Below are positions 51,364-61,301 of a DNA stretch of 64,000 nucleotides, piece by piece. The position numbers and the translations under genes are program-made. How positions within the stretch are numbered: position 1 is the first letter of the stretch; every line of letters starts with the position of its first letter. Origin of the DNA: Candidatus Poribacteria bacterium (GTDB lineage: Bacteria > Poribacteria > WGA-4E > JAJDTR01). Where the stretch lies: positions 2,528,001 through 2,592,000 of the forward strand of contig CBDCTK010000002.1 in assembly GCA_965222225.1 (NCBI GenBank). Direction: 5' to 3'. Below the pieces are notes generated by a model. It did no database searches. It was not told where the DNA came from and saw nothing but the letters and a program-made list of their open reading frames with translations.

Positions 51364-52344
51364 ATGGAGTATCGAAAACTGGGAAAAACCGGGGTTAAAG
51401 TATCCAGCATCTGCCTCGGCACAGCGTTTCGGGGTCAAGATGATGAGAAGATTTGCATACAAGTCATAGATCGGGCGATAGATCTAGGGTGCAATTTCAT
51501 CGACACCGCGCTTTACGGACAAGGAAGATCTGAGACGATTGTCGGCAAGGCACTCAAGGACAAGCGTGAAGACATTGTACTGTGTACCAAGGTCTTTGCT
51601 TTGCTCGGCAACAGCCCGAATCACAGCGGCTTATCGCGCTTAAACCTGATGCGTGGGGTCGAAGATAGTTTAAAACGACTCCAGACTGACCATATCGACC
51701 TCTACCTACTCCATCGGTTTGACCCCGAAACGCCGCTTGAAGAAACCCTACGCGCGCTGGATGATATGGTACGCCAGGGCAAGGTTCGGTATATCGGTTG
51801 TAGCCGCTTTCAGGCATGGAAAATCATGGAAGCTCTCTGGATTAGCGATGTCCGTAGCCTGGATCCGTTTATGTGCATCCAGGACCAGTACAATCTGCTC
51901 AACCGCTGGGAACTCGAACCCGATTTGATGCCGCTATGCCGCGAACACGGTTTGGGAATCATGGTTTACAGTCCTCTCGCTATCGGTTTACTGAGTGGAC
52001 GTTTCCGCCGCGGACAGGAGCCACCAGCGAACACCCCCTGGGGCAAGGGAACGCTCCGGGGGCTCAGTCCAAGCAAATACGATTTTGAGGCGGCGATGAC
52101 TGAGCGGGCGGATAGGATTGTACAGACGCTGATAGACATTGGCGCAAAGCATGGCAAGACGCCGGCGCAGGTGGCAGTGGCATGGCTCTTAGATCACGAG
52201 GAAGTGAGCGCGCTGATTCACGGTGCCGACCTGCCCGAGCATGTGGATGAGGTTTTCGGGGCGGCGGACTGGCGATTGGCGTCAGAGGGCCGTGCAACTC
52301 TGGATGAAGTGTCGAAGGTAGACGAACCAAAGAAGTACGCCTGA
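51364..52344 (+). CDS. Aldo/keto reductase
   Basis: MEYRKLGKTGVKVS, IDTA, SLKRLQTDHIDLY, YSPLA. Confidence 0.94.
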   Translation: MEYRKLGKTGVKVSSICLGTAFRGQDDEKICIQVIDRAIDLGCNFIDTALYGQGRSETIVGKALKDKREDIVLCTKVFALLGNSPNHSGLSRLNLMRGVEDSLKRLQTDHIDLYLLHRFDPETPLEETLRALDDMVRQGKVRYIGCSRFQAWKIMEALWISDVRSLDPFMCIQDQYNLLNRWELEPDLMPLCREHGLGIMVYSPLAIGLLSGRFRRGQEPPANTPWGKGTLRGLSPSKYDFEAAMTERADRIVQTLIDIGAKHGKTPAQVAVAWLLDHEEVSALIHGADLPEHVDEVFGAADWRLASEGRATLDEVSKVDEPKKYA

Positions 52345-52462
52345 CACCATTTCCGCTTTGAAATTGCGTTCAGGACACGGAGTTAGTGCTATAAATTAGG
52401 GTTGAGAAGTAGATTAGGACACTTACAGCAAAATTCTCTCTCTCACTTATCGGACATAAATT

Positions 52463-53096
52463 GTGCGCCACGAAGAATCTATCGACTGACTGCTGAAAGT
52501 GCAGTTGGAAAAGTGCAGACCAAACACATTCCATACCGAGTCTTGGGCAGGCGTCGGTAACGGCAGCTGTTAAGCGTAGACAAGGAGGTTGCAGGCTGTA
52601 AGCCTTCTAGCTGAATTGATTGAGCCCCATTAATCCGTTTTCTGAGGTGGCTGAGAGTCTGATTTACCTCGAAAGCAACATCACATATACCGTTATATGG
52701 CAAGGGATATGTGGCACCTTCGGGGTCTAAGAGCACGGCATGTAACTAGAGCCGCTAGGTGAACGTGGGAGATCCTTTAAGCCCTTCGTTTTATCGAAGT
52801 ACCAGCCGACAAGTGTAAAAGCGAGGAAGCTGAGATGGCTTAAAGGAAGTCAGATGGGTTATAGTACCGTAGAAGCGAGGTAATGCTCGCTGAGGGAAGG
52901 ACCCTGGGTAAAACGACCTTTGGAGGGGAAACGTTGTGAGATCATCAGAATCTCAATCAACAACGAAAACGCAACTGAAAAGGATAGCTTGGTTATCCTA
53001 AACCGAGCGAACCGCTCTATCTTGAGCATTGCCTAAATCGGGCACGATGGGATCTAACTTGCGGGAAGCCTAGGTAACAGGGTTTCTCTACCACCT
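52463..53096 (+). ncRNA. Complete ORF-less group II intron (~634 nt)
   Basis: Starts GTGCG; DI, D3, short D4, D5 (2-nt deletion relative to the 48.6-kb copy) and D6 ending CTACCACCT; homologous to 48300-48696. Confidence 0.88.
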
Positions 53097-53097
53097 T

Positions 53098-53299
53098 TCA
53101 CTTTTTTAATCCGGCCCCAGGTGGTGGTTAGTTTGTCCCGGAGGGTTACTGGGGTTGCTAATTCCGTCTGCACATCCCCCTCATATCTAATTGCACCACC
53201 TTTTCCTTCGCCCTCCAGTTTGAGTTCTCCATCAAGATACAATCTACCTACCGGATCCTCGTAAGTAGCCACTGCGTGATACCACCTGCCTCTGGTCAT
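53098..53299 (-). pseudogene. LamG protein C-terminal remnant
   Basis: WYHAVATY...LYLDG...KLTTTWGRIK. Confidence 0.75.
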
Positions 53300-53305
53300 A
53301 TGATA

Positions 53306-54943
53306 CTATTTCACAATGAGCATTCTGCGCGTGGCTTGGGACGAGCCAGCGTGGAGGGTGTAGAAATAGACACCGCTGGAAACCGTCTCTCCGACTCCGT
53401 CTTTACCGTCCCAATAGGCGGCAGTTTCTCGCGTCAGATAACGCCCTGCTTTTTGGACCCCGAGATCCAACTCACGGGTCAGTTGCCCTCGGAGGTTGTA
53501 GATGCGAAAGATCACAGGCACATCGACCACTAATCGATACGGTAACCAGGTCTCTGGGTTAAACGGGTTGGGGAACTTTTGGAGCAGCGCCGTGCGTTTA
53601 ATCTGCCCGAGCGTTGTCACCCTCAATCCAAACGGCTCGACGGGGAATGGCAGCGCGTCGAAATCGTCTGCAATATTATAGACATACGCTGCCGCACCAA
53701 ATCCGAGATTGAGGGGAGGGACCGAAGGGAGGGCATGAGCCGAGACAACGACATGGTCGCCGGCGATAGCCACCCAAGCGCCGAAGGTGATGTTTTGCCC
53801 CTCTTGGTCGGGCGTAACCTTTTTCTTCTCCTGCCAGACCCCGTCCACACTCACAAAAGAATAGACGGCGGCCGAGGCCGGTAGGCCACGTGCTTCGCGT
53901 CTTGGCGCGCCAACGATGGCGGTTTTCCCGTTGGTGGCGACACTCGAGCCGAACCGATCGCTTGGGTTGGTGTCTTCGGCAATCAGCTTGGCTTGTTGAT
54001 TCCACCGCTCGCCATCACGGGTGAAGATATAGGCTGCACCGGCATCTCTTCCGGCATTACTATCATACATTGGCGCTCCAACGATGACCGTATCCCCGCT
54101 CATGGCGATTGTACGTCCGAAATGGTCGCCCTTTCGGGCGTCATCGGCTGTGAGTTTGGCTTGTTGGACCCACGTTTCTCCCTGGCGTTCAAAGACATAG
54201 ACGGCGCCGGCGAGTCTGAGTCCATTATGCGTGTGCTTAGGCGCCTCGATGATGGCGACGTTCTCACGGACGATGGCGGCCTCTCCGAAATTGTCTCCTT
54301 TCCCTAAATCTTGGGGAACGAGCTTGGCCTGCTGTTCCCACCGCTTTCCATCGTGGAAGAAGATATAGGCTGAACCCGAGTCCTGGCCGGCATCATCATC
54401 CTTTGGCACACCAACGATGGCCGTGCTACGGTCAATGGACACAGCATGTCCGAAACGATCGTCATCCTCCGGGTCTGCAGCGACAAGTGTCGCCTGCTGT
54501 TTCCAAGCAGCCCCGCGAGGGGCGAAGATATATGCCGCCCCCTTCATCCCTTTCTTCCAATCCGCAGCTTGGTCACCGGCCCAGTCGGCGCCATGAAGGT
54601 CCGACGGTGCCCCGACGATGGCGATGTTCGCACTGGCCTGAGCATGGCGAGCACTGAGAGAGACTGCCCATCCGAACTCACCAAGCTGCGGGTTGGCTGG
54701 ATCTCGGTCTTCCAAACGAAGCTCCGCCAACTCTTTCCAGTTTTTGCCCCTGCCGATATAGATTTTCGCGACGCCCACCTTTTCGGCTCCCGCGACTATG
54801 GAATCCCCGATAATATCAGCGGACAAATGAAGACCCCGTGTTTCAGGGTCAGCGATAAGCTTGACTTCCTCTTCGGCGAGACTGATGGCCCCCGGTCCAA
54901 TACCGAGGACGAGACTGATAAGGAGAAACTGTGCCGTTTTCAT
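53306..54943 (-). CDS. Secreted FG-GAP repeat protein with FlgD/T9SS-like C-terminal domain, paralog of 30897-32495
   Basis: Same repeats and C-terminal domain. Confidence 0.92.
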   Translation of the reverse strand: MKTAQFLLISLVLGIGPGAISLAEEEVKLIADPETRGLHLSADIIGDSIVAGAEKVGVAKIYIGRGKNWKELAELRLEDRDPANPQLGEFGWAVSLSARHAQASANIAIVGAPSDLHGADWAGDQAADWKKGMKGAAYIFAPRGAAWKQQATLVAADPEDDDRFGHAVSIDRSTAIVGVPKDDDAGQDSGSAYIFFHDGKRWEQQAKLVPQDLGKGDNFGEAAIVRENVAIIEAPKHTHNGLRLAGAVYVFERQGETWVQQAKLTADDARKGDHFGRTIAMSGDTVIVGAPMYDSNAGRDAGAAYIFTRDGERWNQQAKLIAEDTNPSDRFGSSVATNGKTAIVGAPRREARGLPASAAVYSFVSVDGVWQEKKKVTPDQEGQNITFGAWVAIAGDHVVVSAHALPSVPPLNLGFGAAAYVYNIADDFDALPFPVEPFGLRVTTLGQIKRTALLQKFPNPFNPETWLPYRLVVDVPVIFRIYNLRGQLTRELDLGVQKAGRYLTRETAAYWDGKDGVGETVSSGVYFYTLHAGSSQATRRMLIVK

Positions 54944-55341
54944 GGTAATCTCCTTCCGATGTTGATTGATGTTAAGAAGATATCGACAATGGCCTGTTTT
55001 CGACCCTACGGCGCCTCTCTGTCACTTCGTGGTTTCTCATTATTAATCCCGCAGTCTGCAATCTTCGTGTGCGCGTTAGAAGTGCCGTAGGTGACTAATG
55101 GACCAATGCCCCCTAGATTGTTGACCTTTCTCTTCAATCGACCCCTGCCATTATAGTACATTGCCATGAATTCTAAGTTCTCAACGACTGCCAGATGAAC
55201 AAACGTGCCTGCATCATTCCACTTCAGTCCGCGTCCTAGGAATTTAAAGGTCACGTGGATGCATTCCTTGGGGATCAAACATCCCACATCGTGATGTTGA
55301 TTCGGGTGGGGCAGAGGTTTCTCATGTGTTGCTGTTGTCGG

Positions 55342-55767
55342 CTACGCCCACGGCATAGCAGAATTTGAGCCAAAGTTAAACCTTTCAATGGCGTCATGTG
55401 GCCCGTCACCAGTGGGTACGTCAGGGTTTCTATTGAGCCGTCCGACGTTGGTAAATGCCGAGAGATTACTCAACAATGATTTTCCCAAGTCAATACATGG
55501 CGTTTGCTGGTGAATAAATCTTGCGAAGGGAAAGTTGATTGCGCTGCCTAATGGCCGGTCGTCGTAGAGTACATTGTCTATTACTTGACCGTGGTTGTGC
55601 TTTCCAGACCAATCCAGTACCAAGTCTCCAGCCTTCACATCATCAAAAAGGAAAGCGACAATAACAGTTTCAGGGTCGATTTCGGCAGAACTTAGGTTTG
55701 TGAACACCAGACTCACGCAGATTGAACCAATATAGATTAAGATGAGCCTCGTTGGCAAAGTTTTCAT
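55342..55767 (-). pseudogene. Truncated secreted LamG-like protein
   Basis: Signal peptide, AEIDPETVIVAFLFDD..DWSGKHNHG. Confidence 0.7.
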
Positions 55768-56037
55768 CGTAACTCCGTCGCTTCCTGAATTGGGGAAGAA
55801 TCACTAAAAGAGGTCGATGAAGTCGAGGGGAAACTTGACAGGAACTCAGTTTTGGTATGCAAGAATCGGTGCCATATCCACTCTAGACAAGGTCTACCGC
55901 GGCATCTTCTTAGCTCCATTATTTCTGAATCGGAGACATTCTAGCACTTTCTGGCGAAATGTCAATTAGAACGATACGATTCTGTTTGTCTCCGTGAGAA
56001 AAAACGCATAGCGATAACCCGTAGGTTGGGTTGAACT

Positions 56038-56075
56038 ATCAAGCGAGCGAATAGTGAGTAGGATTCTCTATCGCC
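56038..56075 (-). repeat. Partial nested micro-element inside a GTAGGTTGGGTTGA REP
   Basis: Reverse complement GGCGATAGAGAATCCTACTCACTATTCGCTCGCTTGAT matches 5593-5630. Confidence 0.75.
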
Positions 56076-56314
56076 AAATCCCCATATAAAGTACACAAAA
56101 GTCCGTAACGACTTATTACGGCGGTAGCTTGTACCACAAACTGTTAGATTGTGCTTTCCGCAAACTAACAGTTTGCGGTACAGATTCTATTCAAAATTAC
56201 CATCCCATCCTTCCCATCTTCCATCCTTCCGCTCATTACACCATTCCAACTCTTCACTCACCATCAACAACCAAAAATCAGATGCGATTCCCCTGGATTG
56301 GGCAATACAATAAC

Positions 56315-56342
56315 TTGACAAGCGCGTATTTTTTGTAATAAT
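56315..56342 (+). promoter_or_regulatory. Sigma70-like promoter for the tRNA pair
   Basis: TTGACA...TGTAATAAT. Confidence 0.6.
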
Positions 56343-56360
56343 AGAGTTTGCATAGGATGT

Positions 56361-56431
56361 TGCCCGGTCGTCTAATGGCAGAACGCATGGCTCTGGACCA
56401 TGTTGCGAAGGTTCGGGGCCTTCCCGAGCAG
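56361..56431 (+). tRNA. tRNA-Gln(CTG), degenerate
   Basis: Anticodon arm CATGG-CTCTGGA-CCATG; atypical T-loop TTCGGGG; acceptor C-A mismatch; CCG end. Confidence 0.75.
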
Positions 56432-56438
56432 CCGATGA

Positions 56439-56508
56439 GGCGCTATCGCCTAGGGTTAGGACGGGTGGTTTTCAGCCATCAAACCGGGGTTCGATTCCCC
56501 TGGCGCTA
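56439..56508 (+). tRNA. tRNA-Glu(TTC), degenerate
   Basis: Anticodon arm GGTGG-TTTTCAG-CCATC and T-loop TTCGATT; D arm altered and T stem one base short. Confidence 0.75.
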
Positions 56509-56539
56509 TCTTTGACTTACGTGATGTTCCTAGGATGTA

Positions 56540-56932
56540 ATGTGGACTAATCCAAAACGCATAAATCTAGACTCTCCGTTCGTTTACTATATTTCTATCA
56601 CTGACGATACCGGCAGCGAGTATAGATACATCGGTAAAGCTAGGCATAAGGGGCGTCTCAAGGAATATAAAAGAAACATGCGCAAAATTCGTGACCGGAA
56701 ACAGCGTGCATCGAATCAAAAATATCGGGCTGTTCATTTTGTGCTCTACAAAGCAATTGAAAATAATTGGAAAATTAAGTTTTACCCTTTGGAAGCATGT
56801 TCAGAAGGCGAATTGGGCGCCGTAGAAAAGCGATTGATTGTGGAATTTGGATGCAATCTAAACCGCGGGCGCATGTGGGCAATTGAGGAGATATGCACCT
56901 TGGAAATTGAGGATATTGTCCCAAATGTGTGA
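56540..56932 (+). CDS. GIY-YIG-like endonuclease
   Basis: FVY...YIG...R...E...LN pattern; low GC. Confidence 0.65.
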   Translation: MWTNPKRINLDSPFVYYISITDDTGSEYRYIGKARHKGRLKEYKRNMRKIRDRKQRASNQKYRAVHFVLYKAIENNWKIKFYPLEACSEGELGAVEKRLIVEFGCNLNRGRMWAIEEICTLEIEDIVPNV

Positions 56933-57222
56933 CGCCTAGGAACCTAAGAAATCGTTCGCATTGCTGCTACTGATTATCCAATCCCCCATCCCCTCCACGT
57001 CTTTCCCCCGCCTAGTAGATGTCATAAACTTCGCACAATTCTTTTCAACATGCCCGCCCTAAACACCGCCTAGAATGCCAAGAGATGCAGTTCGGACAAT
57101 TGGCTGTGCCAACGTTGATTTCTGCTTTCCGCTTGCCAACCCTAGGGGATTCTGTTATAGTTCATCTCATCAACTGACGTGCAGACGCAGAACATCTCGT
57201 TAAAACGGAGGAGACAACAAGC

Positions 57223-57756
57223 ATGGCACAGAATTGGATTGAACTCTTTAGCGGAAAAGACCTTACCGGTTGGCGAATGCGGCATTCGGACCGAGATCAC
57301 ACATGGGCAGTTCACGACGGCATCTTGGACAATTTGGGTCAAGGGGTGGACATTCTCACCGAGCAGGAGTTCGGCGATTTCGAGTTGCACATCGAATATC
57401 TCGTGCCGGAGGATAGCAACAGCGGCATCTATCTCCGGGGACGCTACGAGCTTCAGATTCTTGATAGTCTCGGCAAGACCTACTCCTATCCGGCTGAGAA
57501 CGGGGCGCTGTACAATCAGAAGCGCGTGGATGTGGAGGCTAGCAAACCGGCGGGTGAATGGCAAACGCTGGAGGCGACACTCAACGGCATGGTTCTAACC
57601 GTGTTTCTGAACGGCGCCAAGATTCACGATAACGTGACGATTGAGGGACCGACGGGCGGACAACTCGCGGATGACAATCCACCCGGAGGACCTATCATGT
57701 TGCAGGGCGATCATGGGCCTGTCCAGTTCCGCAATATTCGGATTCGTGAGTTATAA
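57223..57756 (+). CDS. DUF1080 (3-keto-disaccharide hydrolase family) protein
   Basis: LFSGKDLTGW, NSGIYLRG, YELQILD, LQGDHG.V.FRNI. Confidence 0.92.
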   Translation: MAQNWIELFSGKDLTGWRMRHSDRDHTWAVHDGILDNLGQGVDILTEQEFGDFELHIEYLVPEDSNSGIYLRGRYELQILDSLGKTYSYPAENGALYNQKRVDVEASKPAGEWQTLEATLNGMVLTVFLNGAKIHDNVTIEGPTGGQLADDNPPGGPIMLQGDHGPVQFRNIRIREL

Positions 57757-57991
57757 TACCATTTCTATATATTGGCAGTGCATTAATAGCGTCAATCAAG
57801 TCTTTCCAAAGCGAGGCAAGGGGATCTCTATGGGAACTCTATCGCGGTCACTGTTCGTTCCCTTGATCCCTCGCTACTCACTCGGTTGATTCCCGCCTAC
57901 GAGGTTTAGCGTGAAGGGCAACTGTTGGTATGGGTTGTGTCATAAGTATAATGGAAAACACTATATGCACTGTTATTCAAGCGAAATGGTA
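57757..57991. mobile_element. TACCATTTC MITE with a REP and doubly nested micro-element (57821-57890)
   Basis: IRs TACCATTTC...CAGTGCAT at both ends; same family as 2437-2702. Confidence 0.75.
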
Positions 57992-58075
57992 TAATCAGGA
58001 ATCCAAAAAAAGAAACCGAGTTTGCGGAAAAAACTCGGTTTCGCGTCACTATTGCTCTACCGGCGCCAAGAGGAA

Positions 58076-59872
58076 TTACTCGGCAATAACAGCTATCTTT
58101 ACGCCCGCGTTCTCTGAATTGCCATTCGAATTCGTTGCGTGCACCTGACAGACATACATGCCACCCGCGACTCGATCCCCATCCGTTTTGTCCCCGTCCC
58201 AATAAAACTCGTCGTTCACCCCCAATCGCCCACCGTTGTTTCCTGCGCGGAATTTACGTTCGAAGATTTTCTCTCCGACCAAGGTGTAAATCGTAACATC
58301 TACGTCGGCGTCTTGATTCAGCACGTACGACAGCTTCATGCCCTGGTCCGGAGTACCGAAGCGCGCCGGATTCGGGTATGCCATGATATTCGCAATCACC
58401 AATTGACTATCATGCACTATTGTATCTCCGGCTTCTGTAATGGGTTGCGCCAGTTCCGCCAGTGTGGCAACCGCCAATTGGACAGCCCGCTTCCCCAAAG
58501 GCAAGGTAATTTGATCGAGGGTGTCTATTTCGCTATGGATATAGTCGGTTGATTCCGGTGCATTAAAGGTAGATTCCTCCGAGACCATAACCGCAGGGAC
58601 TCCGATTTTCCAGAATGGGGAATGATCGCTAAAGATAAAGCTGGGGTCGTTCTTTTTGCGCAACTCGACATCGATATTGTACCGTTGCGCCGCCGTACCA
58701 AAAGCGTTCACGAGCCACTGAGAGCTTTCATCGCCCAGCACGTGGATATCCAGAACCCCGTCTTCATCATGCCCCAAGAGATCGAAATTCAGCACGCCGG
58801 CAATCTGATCGCCGCGTTCCGTCACGAGTTTGCTGTAGTGCTCGCTCCCAAAAAGAAACAGTTCCTCGCCGGTGAAGGCGATGAACTTGATAGTAAAGTC
58901 GAAATCCTGCCGACTGATGATGCGCGCGGTTTCAAGGATTTCAGCGATTCCCGATGCGTTGTCCGAAGCCCCGGGCGCGGGCAAAATGTGCCAATTCGCG
59001 TCCCAGCCGGAAGTCTTGAAGGAAATACTGTCATAGTGACCCGTCATCAGAAAGATACGATCTCGGTTGGGCCCCTTCCCCGGCAGGGTCGCAACAACGT
59101 TCCGCATAACATATTCACCCAACAGTGGCCCGCCCAAGCCTCCTCGGCGACGATGCGGAAACGAATCAAATTCAACCTCTAGCCCGTAACTACGGAACTG
59201 GTCGGCGATATAATCCGCCGCATTGTCGCAGGCGTGATCGGGGGTCGGTCTGCCATCGTGTTGGACGGCGTCGCGCACGCGGAGCGCGTACCGGCTTCTG
59301 AAGAAATGCCCAGGACGTTCCAGGTCCTGGTTCTCAACAAGCGCCTTAATCAAGTCGAACCAGCGATTGGCATCAACCTCTTGAAGCAGGGATTGAATAA
59401 TAGCTTGGTTTTGAGGCGCTGCGGAGACGCTCGGCGCAAATAACGACTGGTCAAATGCGGCAATCTTCACTTCAGTTGGCAGCCTAGCTCGATGGTGCCC
59501 GGGAATCTTGAGCAATTTTCCCTCAATTTCGCCCGGCAATTTAACCAGAAATATCCCATCAAAGGCGTCCAGTAATTCTCCGTACTTCTCGGCTTCCGAC
59601 TGCGTTCCCAGGCGAAGCAGGTAGTAGTTGAACTCGGGCAGCACGACATCCAGAACCTCGGCATGAGAAAGGGCTGGCAGGGCGCTTCGGCTCGCTTGAA
59701 CGATGGAGAAGTCGCGGGTGCGATAACGCAACTTCAACCCGTATCTCTCGGTCAAGACACGGAGTTGTTGATTGGAGTTTTCAGGGATTTTGAGGAGCAA
59801 CTCCTCTTGATCCGAAACTAGGGGTGTGCTGGAAAGGAGGAAAAACAAAATTGAAATTGCTAGTTTGCGCAT
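58076..59872 (-). CDS. Secreted M28 peptidase with FlgD/T9SS-like C-terminal domain
   Basis: GHYDS, GASDNASG, FTGEE, SDH, YPNP...WDG. Confidence 0.92.
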   Translation of the reverse strand: MRKLAISILFFLLSSTPLVSDQEELLLKIPENSNQQLRVLTERYGLKLRYRTRDFSIVQASRSALPALSHAEVLDVVLPEFNYYLLRLGTQSEAEKYGELLDAFDGIFLVKLPGEIEGKLLKIPGHHRARLPTEVKIAAFDQSLFAPSVSAAPQNQAIIQSLLQEVDANRWFDLIKALVENQDLERPGHFFRSRYALRVRDAVQHDGRPTPDHACDNAADYIADQFRSYGLEVEFDSFPHRRRGGLGGPLLGEYVMRNVVATLPGKGPNRDRIFLMTGHYDSISFKTSGWDANWHILPAPGASDNASGIAEILETARIISRQDFDFTIKFIAFTGEELFLFGSEHYSKLVTERGDQIAGVLNFDLLGHDEDGVLDIHVLGDESSQWLVNAFGTAAQRYNIDVELRKKNDPSFIFSDHSPFWKIGVPAVMVSEESTFNAPESTDYIHSEIDTLDQITLPLGKRAVQLAVATLAELAQPITEAGDTIVHDSQLVIANIMAYPNPARFGTPDQGMKLSYVLNQDADVDVTIYTLVGEKIFERKFRAGNNGGRLGVNDEFYWDGDKTDGDRVAGGMYVCQVHATNSNGNSENAGVKIAVIAE

Positions 59873-60009
59873 CTAAAAAGCGGTTCCTAAGAGTAACTTA
59901 TGGATTCGGAGATTTGCAGTGAGAACGGCAAGTATTCTACAAAACAGCGACGCCCGGCGTCAATGTCAATTTCGTTCGCCGCAGGTTAAAGATGACGACG
60001 GCTTCTCGT

Positions 60010-60918
60010 CTACGATGTCTCCTCCAAGACGCTCCGTAAGACTCCGGCTTGCGCTTCCAATCGGGATACCGCATCATCGTATCCCACTCCCGCCGCCAGC
60101 ATGACTATCGCGGTTTTGACGCTGCCGCACGCACGCGTCAGTGCTTCTTGAGCCGTATCGAAGTCCGCACCCGTCACTTCCACAATGATGCGTATTCCCC
60201 GGTCGGTCAGCTTGGCGTTGGAGGATTGCAGGTCGACCATCAGGTTGTTGTATACCTTGCCGATTTTAATCATTGAGATAGTCGAAAGCATGTTTAGCAC
60301 GAGCTTTGTAGCCGTTCCGGCTTTCAGACGGGTAGACCCCGTAATAATCTCGGGTCCCACGATTGGAGCGATGCAAACATCTACAAACTCTCTCAGGACA
60401 TCGGCGGCGGGACTACAGCAGAGGAAGATTGTCTTTGCACCAAGTCTGTGCGCCTCTTTCAGTGCGCCGATGACGTAAGGGGTGTACCCGCTGCTGGCAA
60501 TGCCAACTAGGACATCTTGCTCTGCTACGCCTCGCTCGCGGATTGCTTGTGCGCCGATCTCAGGCTTATCCTCCGCAGCTTCCACAGAGCGTCGCAAGGC
60601 ACGGTCACCCCCGGCGATAATTCCCTGCACCATGTCGGGATGGGTGCTGAACGTCGGGGGACATTCGGAGGCATCCAGAACGCCCAGTCTGCCGCTCGTC
60701 CCGGCGCCGATGTAAAAGAGTCGCCCATCCCGTCGGAAGGTGTCTGTAATGAGTTCAACACCTTGCGTAATTGACCCGGACACAGCCTCCACGGAAGCCA
60801 GTAGCTTTTGATTCTCTTCGTGAAAAATCTCGACAATCTCTTCTGTTGATTTGAGATCGATGTCCAGCGAGTTGGGATTTCGGTGCTCGGTGATGAGTTC
60901 GGAGAGGTTCATTCGCAT
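60010..60918 (-). CDS. murQ: N-acetylmuramic acid 6-phosphate etherase
   Basis: TEHRNP, GAGTSGRLGVLDASECPPTF, GSTRLKAGTATK. Confidence 0.96.
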   Translation of the reverse strand: MRMNLSELITEHRNPNSLDIDLKSTEEIVEIFHEENQKLLASVEAVSGSITQGVELITDTFRRDGRLFYIGAGTSGRLGVLDASECPPTFSTHPDMVQGIIAGGDRALRRSVEAAEDKPEIGAQAIRERGVAEQDVLVGIASSGYTPYVIGALKEAHRLGAKTIFLCCSPAADVLREFVDVCIAPIVGPEIITGSTRLKAGTATKLVLNMLSTISMIKIGKVYNNLMVDLQSSNAKLTDRGIRIIVEVTGADFDTAQEALTRACGSVKTAIVMLAAGVGYDDAVSRLEAQAGVLRSVLEETS

Positions 60919-61004
60919 AGGAAGACAGTGGCTAGTGGTCAGTGATTTGCGGGTCAGTCATTATTGTACCATTTCGCTATATTGGCAAAGTCGCGATTCG
61001 GAGA

Positions 61005-61040
61005 GGGATCTCTATCGCACTCACTATTCATTCGCTTGAT
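61005..61040 (+). repeat. Micro-element inserted in REP TCGCGATTCGGAGA|TCGCTCCTAC
   Basis: GGGATCTCTATCGCACTCACTATTCATTCGCTTGAT; a TACCATTTC end lies at 60967. Confidence 0.85.
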
Positions 61041-61301
61041 CGCTCCTACCGGGTGTCCACCGCGTAAGTTTTTGTAGGGTGGGCATTGCCCACCTCTCCA
61101 AACGCGTTACTCTCATCGTATACCCAATTCAAACCTACACTGCGGTTCCGCCGTGACCTGCTTCGTAGTAGGAATCGGTGATTTAAGCGTAGGAGTTTGA
61201 ATGAAGAAACCTTTAGAGTCTGTTTTAAGATCCATCTCTGGTTTTCTGTCGCTTCTATCGAAGCAGTCGCGATTTGGAAATCGCGTCCACACGGTTATAG
61301 T

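Noticed and set aside
30897-54943. FG-GAP paralogs or the PhyH tandem as diversity-generating retroelement TR/VR pairs
   Set aside because: No RT in the window, and the differences do not appear adenine-specific by eye.
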